Part shown: one piece after another, positions 9,038 through 18,607 of the stretch | Layout of the letters: each line of letters begins with the position of its first letter | Position numbering within the stretch: position 1 is the first letter of the stretch | From: Cupriavidus sp. | Lineage (GTDB): Bacteria; Pseudomonadota; Gammaproteobacteria; Burkholderiales; Burkholderiaceae | DNA: 47,366 nucleotides | Assembly (NCBI GenBank): GCA_036746135.1 | Contig: DAIOET010000002.1 | Span: 1 to 47,366, forward strand | Reading direction: 5' to 3' | Program-made: the position numbers and the translations under genes | The notes under the pieces: generated by a model | Databases searched by the model: none | What the model was told of the DNA's origin: nothing | The model's input: only the letters and a program-made list of their open reading frames with translations

Positions 9038-9691
9038 TCATGTCGTGCGGATCGGAATGTCTTGCTCTGGCACATGCGCGGGCTTGCTGGACGTCGGCTG
9101 GGTGGGACTGCCGGTGAACGTGGGCACGGTCGTATCGCCAGCCGCGTTGATGCCCTGGTGGCGCATGACAGTGGCCGGTGTAAGCAAGAGGATCTTCATA
9201 TCGAGCCAGAAAGAGCAGTGATCGACGTACCAGGTGTCCAGGGTGAACTTCTGTTCCCAGGTCAGCGAGTTCCGTCCGTTTATCTGTGCCCAGCCGGAAA
9301 TGCCGGGACGGACCAGAAGCCGACGCGCCTGGTCCGGTGAGTAGCACGGCAGATACTTCATTGGCAGAGGTCGCGGACCAATGACGCTCATGTCGCCCGT
9401 CAGGACGCACCAGAACTGAGGCAGCTCGTCGAGACTGAATCGGCGAAGAAAAATGCCGAACGGCGTCAGCCTGTCTTCATCGGGCAGGAGTTCGCCGTCG
9501 GGGCCACGCGCCTCCGTCATGCTTCGGAACTTTACCAATGGGAATGGCTTCCCGCCGAGGCCCGCGCGCGTCGGACGGAACAGTACGGGACTGCCGAGCT
9601 TCCAGCGCACAGCGGCTGCCAGAAGCAGCAACGGAATTCCCAACCCAAGCAATGCGATGGAGGCGAAAACTATGTCAAACAAACGCTTCAT
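9038..9691 (-). CDS. Monotopic phosphoglycosyl transferase (PglC-like initiating sugar transferase), copy 1
   Basis: MKRLFD, KFRSM, SLDELPQ (Asp-Glu dyad), GDMSVIGPRP and RPGISGWAQINGRN. Confidence 0.92.
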   Translation of the reverse strand: MKRLFDIVFASIALLGLGIPLLLLAAAVRWKLGSPVLFRPTRAGLGGKPFPLVKFRSMTEARGPDGELLPDEDRLTPFGIFLRRFSLDELPQFWCVLTGDMSVIGPRPLPMKYLPCYSPDQARRLLVRPGISGWAQINGRNSLTWEQKFTLDTWYVDHCSFWLDMKILLLTPATVMRHQGINAAGDTTVPTFTGSPTQPTSSKPAHVPEQDIPIRTT

Positions 9692-10055
9692 GATCGATCT
9701 GTCCGGTTCGTCCCGGGGCGGCGTTCACGGTCGTCCCTGGACAGACAACGGATATCCGCTCCGGAGTCAATCTAACCAAAGCCGGGCTGCGGCGTGAAGC
9801 GGGAAATGTGGCCGAGGCCACGTTCCGCGGTGCCGCGGGTCATACGAAAGCGGGTGGTTCCGCTCAACACTGAACATGGTGACGAGGGTTTGGGGGAGTG
9901 TGTGCGCCCGCACGGATGACAGGGCAAGCCGCCTCTACATTGACACGACGTGGCTGGCTGGATCGCTCCGATCCGGCGAGGTGACGCCAGAGATCAAGCG
10001 CGCTTGCACTGCCCGGACCCGCAACGGCCGACAAGCAAGTTCAATGGGAGAAGTA

Positions 10056-11387
10056 ATGACAATCACGTCGACGGACACGGTGATTATCGGCGCCGGCCCC
10101 TATGGCTTATCGATTTCGGCCCACCTGTCCAAGACCGGCGTGCCCCATCAAATTCTCGGGCATCCCATGCATGCCTGGAGAAACTTCATGCCTCCCGGGA
10201 TGCTTCTGCGCTCGGAACCTTTCGCCTCGAATCTCTATGCGCCGTGGCGCGGCTACACGATGGAAGAGTATTGCCGTCGCCACCGCATTGCCTACAAGCC
10301 AGTGGGAATCCGCATGCCGCTGGAACTCTTTGTGGACTACGGGCTCTGGTTTCAGCAGCAAGTGGTTGACCATGTGCGCGGCGTGGAAGTGGTCGATATG
10401 CATCGCAAGGATGGATGTTTTCAACTTTCCCTGACCGATGGCAGTTCCCTGGTGGCGCGGCGCGCGGTAATCGCACTGGGCCTGAAAGGGTTTGCGCAAA
10501 AGCCTTCCGTATTGCGGGGTTTGCCAAAACCTTATGTGGTTCACTCCAGTGAAATTGGCGACCTCACTTGGGCGAAAGGCAAGGATATCGTCGTGGTGGG
10601 GGGCGGGCAGTCGGCGATCGGGCTTGCCGCACTCTTCAGCGAACTCGGCGCGCGGGTTCGCTTGCTGGTGCGCGAAGAGGTGAATTGGAGTGGTGCGCCG
10701 CGTAGCACTCGCGGGGGTATCTCAAAGCTGCTCAGAGGGCGCGTCGGCCTGGGACGCGGTTGGGATTCAAATAGTCCGGGCACGCTCCTGTTGTCATTCC
10801 TGCTTTCCGAATACCCGATGGTTTTCCATACGATGAATCTGCCGCGTCGCCAGAGAATCATGGAGACCGGTTGGGCCGCGTCGGGTGCCTGGTGGCTGCG
10901 CGATCGCGTGGAAGGCAAGGTCGATATCTCGACCCAGACCGAAATCACGCACGCCGAACTCAAGAACGATCAAATCGTTCTACAGGTAGCAAGCGGGACC
11001 GAGCAGTCCAGCATCCGCGCCGATCATGTTGTGCTCGCCACCGGGTTCAAGGCCGATATGGCCAAGCACTCCTTCCTTTCTGACGAACTTCTGAATTCAC
11101 TCTCGCTCATTGGTGGCTCGCCGAGCCTGACCCGCAATTTCGAAACCAATGTGCGCGATCTGTATGTCGTGGGGCCGGCGTCCGCGCTGAGCTTTGGTCC
11201 TGCTCTGCGTTTTATCTATGGCGCTAAATTCGCGGCCCCACACCTCGCAGGGCATATCAGCAAATGCTTCAAGAAGGAGGCCGGCAGCGGCATTGTCAAA
11301 CCTCAGGTCATCCCTTCGGAGCCGGCAGAGGCAACCGATGGAAACGGTCTGCGGGGACAAAGCATTCTTCAGGTCCCGGAAAACTAG
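10056..11387 (+). CDS. FAD/NAD(P)-dependent oxidoreductase (flavoprotein monooxygenase-like)
   Basis: Two Rossmann motifs (IIGAGPYG, VVGGGQSA), plus VVLATG and LYVVG. GGAG RBS before ATG 10056. Confidence 0.82.
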   Translation: MTITSTDTVIIGAGPYGLSISAHLSKTGVPHQILGHPMHAWRNFMPPGMLLRSEPFASNLYAPWRGYTMEEYCRRHRIAYKPVGIRMPLELFVDYGLWFQQQVVDHVRGVEVVDMHRKDGCFQLSLTDGSSLVARRAVIALGLKGFAQKPSVLRGLPKPYVVHSSEIGDLTWAKGKDIVVVGGGQSAIGLAALFSELGARVRLLVREEVNWSGAPRSTRGGISKLLRGRVGLGRGWDSNSPGTLLLSFLLSEYPMVFHTMNLPRRQRIMETGWAASGAWWLRDRVEGKVDISTQTEITHAELKNDQIVLQVASGTEQSSIRADHVVLATGFKADMAKHSFLSDELLNSLSLIGGSPSLTRNFETNVRDLYVVGPASALSFGPALRFIYGAKFAAPHLAGHISKCFKKEAGSGIVKPQVIPSEPAEATDGNGLRGQSILQVPEN

Positions 11388-11431
11388 TTCGAGCAGGGTT
11401 CTCGTCATTCGCGCCCAAACCAGGAGGCACC

Positions 11432-12247
11432 ATGAATTCGCTGAGCAGGCCTTTGCGTAGTGTGCTGACACAAAAATTGAAGCAATGGGTAAAACCATAT
11501 GCGCCGACGTGGCTGTTGAATTACCACCATAACCGCATCATTCGCAAAGACGGGGCGACGTATCAAGGAAAGTCGCTACGCGAAGTGTTTTCCAATGTCT
11601 ACGAAACCGGCGCCTGGGGCGTGGCGGAGAATCCCGCGGAGTTTTACAGCGGGAGCAGTTCCCATGACCCGACGATCGTCGACACGTATGTCAATGCGGT
11701 GACGGCCTATCTCGAATCGATGCCAAGCCGGCCTGACGTGGTGGATCTCGGGTGCGGCGATTTCAATATCGGCAAGCGTATCCGCTCCGCTTGCGCACGC
11801 TATATCGCCTGCGACGTGGTGGAGCCGGTCATCCAGTCGAACCGCAACAGGTTCTCCAGTCTCGATGTGGATTTTCGGTGCGTGGACATTACCAGCGAGT
11901 CCCTGCCGCCGGGTGACGTCGTCTTTCTGCGGCAGGTGCTCGATCACCTGGATAACGCGCGCATTGCCCAGGTATTGGCGCGCCTGACGCCATACAAGAT
12001 TCTGATCCTGACCGAGTACTCACCAGCGAAGCCCGGCTTTACACCGAATCTCGACAAGCCCATTGGTTCCGCCCTGCGGCTATGGGGTGCGAAACCGAGC
12101 GCCATCGTGGTGACGGCGCCGCCGTTCGGGCTAAAGACGTTGTCGGCGCGGGTGCTGTGCGAGGTGAAGGACAGCGGAGGCGTCATTCGTACCACGGTGT
12201 ATGAATTGCCTCGGGCAAATCATGGCGAACCATCGAGGCCAAGATGA
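11432..12247 (+). CDS. Class I SAM-dependent methyltransferase
   Basis: VVDLGCGDF motif I, YIACDVV, DIT and RQVLDHL. AGGAGG RBS before ATG 11432. Confidence 0.85.
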   Translation: MNSLSRPLRSVLTQKLKQWVKPYAPTWLLNYHHNRIIRKDGATYQGKSLREVFSNVYETGAWGVAENPAEFYSGSSSHDPTIVDTYVNAVTAYLESMPSRPDVVDLGCGDFNIGKRIRSACARYIACDVVEPVIQSNRNRFSSLDVDFRCVDITSESLPPGDVVFLRQVLDHLDNARIAQVLARLTPYKILILTEYSPAKPGFTPNLDKPIGSALRLWGAKPSAIVVTAPPFGLKTLSARVLCEVKDSGGVIRTTVYELPRANHGEPSRPR

Positions 12248-12386
12248 GATCTGGTAAATCGCCGAGTCAAACGGTCTGCTCGCCAGACCGTTGCCTGACC
12301 GCGCATACGTCATCTGACAGGCAATCCTCCGCATTGAGTTCCCGTGGCTGGAGCTTGGGCCATGAGTTACGCACCGGAGCCAAGAC

Positions 12387-13460
12387 ATGAAGCAAAACCT
12401 GTTTGCCGTGCAATCGCTGCGCGCCATCGCGGCGATTGCAGTGGTTGCCTATCATTCGGCGGCGACGATCAGGAATTTCGGATGGACACCGGGCGCCCTC
12501 AGCGATGCCAGCAAATGGGGATGGGCGGGCGTTGATATCTTCTTCTTCATATCCGGGTTTGTGATGGTGATCGCGACGACGGGCCAGCGTCGCGGCCCGC
12601 TGGCGGCGAAGGATTTCATGGTCGCCAGGCTTATGCGAATCGTGCCGATGTACTGGATTCTCACCAGCCTGATGCTGGCGATATTGTGGGTGGTACCGAG
12701 CCTCAAGCACTTCGAATTCACGACGACGGAGATTTTTGACTCGTATTTCTTTGTCCCGTATGAGGTCGCGGGGGAGGGTAACGTCTACCCGGTACTGTAT
12801 GTCGGTTGGACGCTGATATACGAAATGTTCTTCTATCTGGTCTTTGCCATCTCAATCTGTTTTCCCGAGCGAGCCATGCGCTGGGCCTTGCCCGCATTCT
12901 TCGCGGTACTTTCGATACTGTCGCTGACGAGCCCGACGCCATACATCTACAGATTCCTTACCTCCCCGTTGCTGCTGGAATTCGTATTCGGTGCCGTGTT
13001 CGCCTGGATTTACAGGTCCGGTTACAGACTCTCCACGCCGGGATTCACCGCGTTGATCGTGTTCGGCATCATCGGATTCCTGGTCCTGACTCCTGGTTCT
13101 TCGATGGACCACAGGGTGGTCACCGCCGGCATTCCAGCTGCGTTGCTGGTTTCGGGAGCGGTGCTCTGGGAGAGCGCCGGAGGCTGGGCAGGTGGTACCT
13201 GGCTATCGACCATCGGCGATGCGTCATATTCGCTGTATCTATTGCAGGCTTTCACGGTCCCTGGTTTTGCTCGTCTCGTTTCCGGAATCGACAAACACAG
13301 AATCCTGCCGGGCGATGTCGCGTGCCTGTTGATCGTGAGCGCGACCGTCGTGGTTTCGATGATCGTCTACAGAGTTGTCGAGCGAAAGATTGACGTAAAG
13401 CTGCGTGCGTTGCGCCGGAGGACGGCGACGAGGCCGGCAGCCCTGGACCGGAGTGCATAG
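12387..13460 (+). CDS. Membrane O-acyltransferase (acyltransferase-3/OafA family)
   Basis: QSLRAIAA..VV.YH, GVDIFFFISGFVM, RLMRIVPMYW, VGWTLIYEMFFY and GDASYSLYL. Multi-TM. Confidence 0.9.
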   Translation: MKQNLFAVQSLRAIAAIAVVAYHSAATIRNFGWTPGALSDASKWGWAGVDIFFFISGFVMVIATTGQRRGPLAAKDFMVARLMRIVPMYWILTSLMLAILWVVPSLKHFEFTTTEIFDSYFFVPYEVAGEGNVYPVLYVGWTLIYEMFFYLVFAISICFPERAMRWALPAFFAVLSILSLTSPTPYIYRFLTSPLLLEFVFGAVFAWIYRSGYRLSTPGFTALIVFGIIGFLVLTPGSSMDHRVVTAGIPAALLVSGAVLWESAGGWAGGTWLSTIGDASYSLYLLQAFTVPGFARLVSGIDKHRILPGDVACLLIVSATVVVSMIVYRVVERKIDVKLRALRRRTATRPAALDRSA

Positions 13461-13737
13461 CGCGGGCGGCGTGCATTCTGTGTCCATCGCCACACAACGC
13501 TGCGAAGCGTGCGTTCCTCGTGAACTATATTGACTCAGCGAGGTATGAAGCCGCTCCCTCCGCCTGCGTGGTCCGTGCCTGTTCAAGGCAGGTGCCGGCG
13601 CGGCACGCAACCCCTCTGTATTCAATGCGCACCCTTTTCTGGCCGCGGACCGGCCATTCAAGCGGGGGGTTCCGCCCGTCAGCGGTGCTCTCCTCTGCGC
13701 CATGCCCAATTGGGTGCGGTTTCTCGGAGTTATTGTG

Positions 13738-14415
13738 ATGAAGCGCGTTTTTGATGTTGTCCTGGCCTCGCTGGGCATGTTGCTGCTTGCCGTTCCGCTT
13801 CTGTTGCTGATTTGCATGGTGCGCGTGCGTCTGGGCAAACCGGTTTTCTTCCGGCAAATGCGGCCGGGATTGCATGGCGAACCGTTCTACATTCTTAAGT
13901 TTCGTACCATGACCGATGCTCGCGGGCCCGATGGCGAACTGTTGCCCGATCCCGAGCGGCTGACCAAGTTCGGGGCGTTTCTTCGCTCCACCAGCCTCGA
14001 TGAGCTGCCGGAACTCTGGAACGTACTCAAGGGTGATATGAGTCTGGTTGGACCCCGTCCGCTCTTGATGGAATACCTGCCGCGATACTCCCCGGAACAG
14101 AAGCGCCGCCACCTGGTCCGTCCCGGCATTACCGGGCTCGCACAGATCAGTGGGCGCAACACGATTAGCTGGGAAGAGAAATTCCGGCTGGACGTCTGGT
14201 ACGTCGATCACGTATCGGTGTGGCTGGACATCGTGATCCTGTGGAAGACCGTCATCAAGGTCGTAGCGCGCGAGGGAATCAGCGCGGCGGGAGAGTTCTC
14301 CGCCCCGCGCTTCATGGGAAGCAAACGGAGCGCATCGGATGCGGATATCGCGCGTGACCTGGATACCGGCGGCGATCGCCGGGACGCCCGGATCAGCGGC
14401 CATTCGACGAGCTGA
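13738..14415 (+). CDS. Monotopic phosphoglycosyl transferase (PglC-like), copy 2
   Basis: [34 protein letters not shown] and [21 protein letters not shown] upstream. Confidence 0.92.
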   Translation: MKRVFDVVLASLGMLLLAVPLLLLICMVRVRLGKPVFFRQMRPGLHGEPFYILKFRTMTDARGPDGELLPDPERLTKFGAFLRSTSLDELPELWNVLKGDMSLVGPRPLLMEYLPRYSPEQKRRHLVRPGITGLAQISGRNTISWEEKFRLDVWYVDHVSVWLDIVILWKTVIKVVAREGISAAGEFSAPRFMGSKRSASDADIARDLDTGGDRRDARISGHSTS

Positions 14416-14424
14416 GGCATACCG

Positions 14425-15126
14425 ATGCAGCTATCCTGGCTTCTGATTGTCCATAGTGGCGGCGCGTCACTGACGATTCCCCTGGCGGGCCTTGTTGCGC
14501 TCCGCCTGGCTTACCTGGGTTTGTGGAAGCGCGCCTGTTTGTGGCTCCTGTCGCTGGTGGGCGGCGCGGGCCTCATTCTTGCGGGGAAGCTGGCGTTCGA
14601 ATTTACTGGATGGTCAATGCCATCGGTGAACGTGTACAGCGTCAGCGGGCACGCCGTGCTCACTGCGTCGGTCTATCCGATGCTGGGCGCCACACTGGGA
14701 TCGATGCTGGGCACGCGAATGGCCAGGATCGGACTGGCTGGCGGGATATTCGTGGCGGTCCTCGTGGCGGTTGCGCTGGTGGTCGGGCAATATCACACGC
14801 CCGCCGAAACGCTGATCGGCATGACCGTCGGATTCGCCGTGGCGTGGCTCAACCTGTATCCGTTTCGTCAGCACGCGCCCCGGCCTGCGCGCCCCGCCCG
14901 CTCGCCAATGCTCGCGAGGCTGGCGCTTTGCGGTTTCCTGTTCGTCTTTGCGCTGGCAGGAACAAGCCCCGTCAAAAGTCGACTGTGGTCACGTGGAATG
15001 GATTGGTTTGGCGTCACCGAGCGCTATTCCAGGTCCATCGACACCGATCCGGTTTCCGGTGAGGTCGTGGTGACTGTCGTGAAATGCCGGGTGCCGTCGT
15101 ATCGCGAATGTTCGGAAACGTTCTGA
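14425..15126 (+). CDS. PAP2-like membrane protein (degenerate phosphatase motifs)
   Basis: Hydrophobic multi-TM protein with SGHA (C2-like) and YHTPAE (C3-like) motifs; starts 9 bp after pglC copy 2. Confidence 0.65.
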   Translation: MQLSWLLIVHSGGASLTIPLAGLVALRLAYLGLWKRACLWLLSLVGGAGLILAGKLAFEFTGWSMPSVNVYSVSGHAVLTASVYPMLGATLGSMLGTRMARIGLAGGIFVAVLVAVALVVGQYHTPAETLIGMTVGFAVAWLNLYPFRQHAPRPARPARSPMLARLALCGFLFVFALAGTSPVKSRLWSRGMDWFGVTERYSRSIDTDPVSGEVVVTVVKCRVPSYRECSETF

Positions 15127-15157
15127 AACGTTCTCAGTTGGCGCCCCGCGCCGTTCA

Positions 15158-15826
15158 TCACTGATTGCGAATCACGCGCGAAGTCAGCTGGAAATTGCCA
15201 GTCGTGATGAACTGCCGGTCCTTGGCGTTGGCCGAAACACAGGTGTGTGAATCGACAACGCAATCGGCGCCGATGCTGACGCCAGGAAAGAGCGTCGCAC
15301 GTGTCCCCAGGAAGCACCGCGGGCCGATGGCGGCGTCGCCGTTGAGAACGGCATGAGGAGACAGCACGGAGCACGCGCCCACGCGGGCACCATGCCCGAT
15401 TCCGCTGAAGGCATTGGCCACCACGCCATCCTCCACCACCGCGCCCCGGCTGATGACCGTGAACGGAAAAATCAACGCGCCAATGCCCAGTTGGGAAGAG
15501 GGCGAGACGAGGGCCGTGCCGTGGACATAGATCGGAAGCTCGGCCCCAAGTTGCTGGAACCATGACAGCACGTCCTGCCGTGCCGAGGTGGCGCCGATCG
15601 CCACCAGCACGGCCTGGTGCGGCGCCGGGCGGAACTCACGAATCAAGCCCAGATGCGGCAGGTCGATGCCTTCCGGGACCTTGTCTGGTGTGTCGTCGAT
15701 AAAGCCTGCTACTTCCGGTCCGCCGCTGCGCGATTCTGTCTGCAGATAGTCATAAAGCTCCAGCCCAAGACCGCCGGCGCCGGCGATGACCACGGATGAG
15801 ACGTTGTTCGCGTGAAGGAGAGGCAT
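15158..15826 (-). CDS. Left-handed beta-helix sugar acetyltransferase (NeuD/PglD family)
   Basis: N-terminal IAGAGGLG..GFIDD..VAIG domain followed by hexapeptide repeats and GIGH. Start uncertain. Confidence 0.82.
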   Translation of the reverse strand: MPLLHANNVSSVVIAGAGGLGLELYDYLQTESRSGGPEVAGFIDDTPDKVPEGIDLPHLGLIREFRPAPHQAVLVAIGATSARQDVLSWFQQLGAELPIYVHGTALVSPSSQLGIGALIFPFTVISRGAVVEDGVVANAFSGIGHGARVGACSVLSPHAVLNGDAAIGPRCFLGTRATLFPGVSIGADCVVDSHTCVSANAKDRQFITTGNFQLTSRVIRNQ

Positions 15827-15910
15827 GATTGGTTGGTCTACGGACGAAGCGGAATTCGAATTCAGCGGCGGACGGCTGGAGGGAAACCACACCAGCCGCC
15901 ATCGCCTTGG

Positions 15911-18133
15911 TCAAGCCCGCTTGGTCTGCCCGTTGCCATAGTCGGCGAGATAGCGATACTTGCCAAAGTAGCTGTGGGCGCGGTACCAGCGTCCCTCGAT
16001 CAGAAGCCCGTTGAACAGCACGCCCTTGACGTCGGCGCCGGCCTGCAGGATCGCGCGTTGCGCCGCAAGCAGTTCGCCGGTCGTGGTCTTCTCGGCGCGT
16101 GCCACCAGAAACACGGCGCCGGCCTTGCCTGCCAGGATGCCCGCGTCGGCAGCCACAAGCACTGGCGGCGTATCGATCAGCACCACGTCATAGCGCGCCC
16201 TGAGCTGCTCAAGCAGCGAGTCCATCGCGGGACTCAGCAACAGATCCGTCGCATGCGGCGGTTGCGAGCCGGTTGGGATGAAGTCCAGGCCGGGCGCCAC
16301 TTGCCGCTGCAATACCTGCTCCAACGGCGCACCCATCAACAGTTCGGTCAAGCCAGGCCCGCGCCTGACATCAAAGGAACTCTGCAGACTGCCGCGACGC
16401 AGGTCGGCATCGACGAGCACCACGCGGCTTCCTGTCGCGGCAATCGCGGCGAAGTTGGTGCAGACGAATGACTTGCCGACGCCCGGAGCAGGCCCGGTGA
16501 TCACGACTGTCCGGTTGTTGTTTCCGGCCATCGCGAAACGCAACGCGGTACGGAAGCTGCGCAGACTTTCCACGGCGGGATCGTCCGGCTGCTGGAGTGC
16601 CAGGAGGCCGGCGCCCGGTGACAACTGTGACTGCTGCTTGCTGAAGGGGATGGTCGAGTAGACCGTCATCCCCGTCTGCCGCTCGATCTCGTCCGGATCG
16701 GCCACACCGCCCTCAAGCGTATAGCGCACGAAGATCACCAGCAGACCGGCAACCACACCCAGGGCCAGCGATAGCCCGACAATCAGCACGCGGTCCGGCC
16801 GGACCGGCCTGAGCGGTACATCGGCCGGGTCGACAATCCGTGCCGTTCCCACCTTGCTCGCCTTGATCAGCTTCAACTGCTGCACATCGTTCAGCAGGGA
16901 TTGCAGCAGTTCGGTACTGACCTTGACGTCGCGCATCAGCCGCACCACGTTCTGTTCCACGTCCGGCAGTTTCTGGATTCGCCCCGATATGCCATTCAGC
17001 TGGGCGGTCAGGCTGGCGATCTGGCCGTCGACGAGGCCGATTGCCGGGTGACTCGGCGTAAAGCGCGCCGCCAGTTCCTGGCGCTTTTGCTGCAACTCCT
17101 GGAGCTTGGTCTGGATCTGTACCGACTGACTCAGGATCAGCTTGGATTCCTCGCCGAGGTCGATCGTGCCGCGTTGATTGCGCATCGCGTTATACCGCGT
17201 CTCGGCCGTATCGACCTGCTGCCTGAGCACCGGCAACTGTTGTTCGAGGAATGCGAGCGACTTTTCGGCTTCGGCGGCTTTGCGGCGGATGTTCTGGTCG
17301 ACGTAGGCGTTCCCGATTTCGTTGAGCACGGCCGCCGTCATTTCCGGCGAGGCGCCTTCCAGCGACACGCCGAGCACGCCGCTATCCTTGCCGCGCTCGC
17401 TGATCGTCAGCTTGTCCTGCAGACGCGCGATGCCCGCAACACGTGCCAGGCGACGCAGCACGAACTGCGTACCGGGGCGCGCATCCATCTGGTTGATCAG
17501 CATGGTGACCGGGCCGTTGGCGGTAGTGATCGTCAACGGGGATCCCACTTTGCCGGTAGCCTGGACGTCGTCGCTGGCAAACCGGATCCTGAACTCGTTG
17601 TTACCCAGCGCGGTCAGCAGGATCTTGCGCTCCTCCATTGCAGCGGGAACGTCGAGCTGGGACACGGTAATCGATTCATGGCCCCATGCAAAGCCGCCCC
17701 AACCAAACAGTCCGGGCTGCGACAGTTCATGATTGAAGCTGGCGATCGTCGAGCCAATCACGGGGAAATAGCGCGGCGTGGCTTCGATGTACAGCCGCAG
17801 GTTATCGACAGCCTTTCCGACCACCATCCGCGAGCGCAGCAGTTCAATCTCCGCGGAAGCGGCGGGCTTGGTTTCAGGGCCCGGTGAGAACGCGGCGATG
17901 AGCTTGCTGACGTGGTTACCGCCCAGTTCCTCCACTTGCACGGTCATGTTCGTGCGGTAGACGGGCTTGGCCAGGATGGCATAGGTAAGGCCGATCACGA
18001 CGGCTATGCCGATGACCGTCAGGAAGGTCCTTCGATAGCGGGCAAGCAAATCGATGTAGGCGGTAAAGTCCACCGTCGGCTGGTGCTCGTCCACGCCTGC
18101 GGGGGCTTGGTCCCGGGTACTGACCGTTCTCAT
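15911..18133 (-). CDS. wzc: Tyrosine-protein kinase Wzc (EpsB-like)
   Basis: AEIELLRSRMV, Walker A GPAPGVGKS, VDADLRRG, IDTPP, and C-terminal Tyr cluster WYRAHSYFGKYRYLADY. Confidence 0.95.
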   Translation of the reverse strand: MRTVSTRDQAPAGVDEHQPTVDFTAYIDLLARYRRTFLTVIGIAVVIGLTYAILAKPVYRTNMTVQVEELGGNHVSKLIAAFSPGPETKPAASAEIELLRSRMVVGKAVDNLRLYIEATPRYFPVIGSTIASFNHELSQPGLFGWGGFAWGHESITVSQLDVPAAMEERKILLTALGNNEFRIRFASDDVQATGKVGSPLTITTANGPVTMLINQMDARPGTQFVLRRLARVAGIARLQDKLTISERGKDSGVLGVSLEGASPEMTAAVLNEIGNAYVDQNIRRKAAEAEKSLAFLEQQLPVLRQQVDTAETRYNAMRNQRGTIDLGEESKLILSQSVQIQTKLQELQQKRQELAARFTPSHPAIGLVDGQIASLTAQLNGISGRIQKLPDVEQNVVRLMRDVKVSTELLQSLLNDVQQLKLIKASKVGTARIVDPADVPLRPVRPDRVLIVGLSLALGVVAGLLVIFVRYTLEGGVADPDEIERQTGMTVYSTIPFSKQQSQLSPGAGLLALQQPDDPAVESLRSFRTALRFAMAGNNNRTVVITGPAPGVGKSFVCTNFAAIAATGSRVVLVDADLRRGSLQSSFDVRRGPGLTELLMGAPLEQVLQRQVAPGLDFIPTGSQPPHATDLLLSPAMDSLLEQLRARYDVVLIDTPPVLVAADAGILAGKAGAVFLVARAEKTTTGELLAAQRAILQAGADVKGVLFNGLLIEGRWYRAHSYFGKYRYLADYGNGQTKRA

Positions 18134-18603
18134 GATGCCTCTCCTCGAACCTCAGTTGGTGCGACATCTCCGAGCCTGACAGACCACGAAGCGATGCCCT
18201 GCTTGATCAGTTCCAAAACGATATAGAACATCGTCGGCGAGCATCCGTACGGGTCCGGCACATCCGTCGCCGTGGATTCGCAGATCCGATGCGTTTTTCC
18301 GCGCGCCATTGGGAAAATCCGCTCGATTTCTTCGCGTTGCTCGCTGTCCATCACCAGGATCAGGTCCGCCGCCGCCACGAGTGCGTCGTCGATGGCGCGG
18401 GCGCGGTGACCGCCGATATCGAGACCTTCGCGCGCAAGCAGCCTGACGGCGCTGGGATCGGCGGGTGCGCCGACCGGCGGTGCGAGGCCCGCCGAAGTTA
18501 CCTCGCACGTGGGCATGACACGGCTCAGCAGGCAAGCCGCCATAGGGCTGCGACAAACGTTGCCGATGCAAATCACCAGGATTGAGCGTGTCATATTTCG
18601 CAT
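18130..18603 (-). CDS. wzb: Low-molecular-weight protein tyrosine phosphatase Wzb (EpsP-like)
   Basis: CIGNVCRS P-loop and DPY motif; lies between wza and wzc with a 4-bp overlap with wzc. Confidence 0.95.
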   Translation of the reverse strand: MRNMTRSILVICIGNVCRSPMAACLLSRVMPTCEVTSAGLAPPVGAPADPSAVRLLAREGLDIGGHRARAIDDALVAAADLILVMDSEQREEIERIFPMARGKTHRICESTATDVPDPYGCSPTMFYIVLELIKQGIASWSVRLGDVAPTEVRGEAS

Positions 18604-18607
18604 CCCG

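Noticed and set aside
9876..10055. Long N-terminal extensions in the ORF track (also at 99, 3006, 5356, 11264, 20077, 21530, 35573, 41770, 44619, 46191)
   Set aside because: Downstream starts have good RBSs or stop-start coupling and coincide with the beginning of the recognisable domains.
9038..14415. Inverted pglC pair as an invertible switch
   Set aside because: The paralogs are only moderately similar, I saw no long perfect DNA tracts, and no site-specific recombinase is present.
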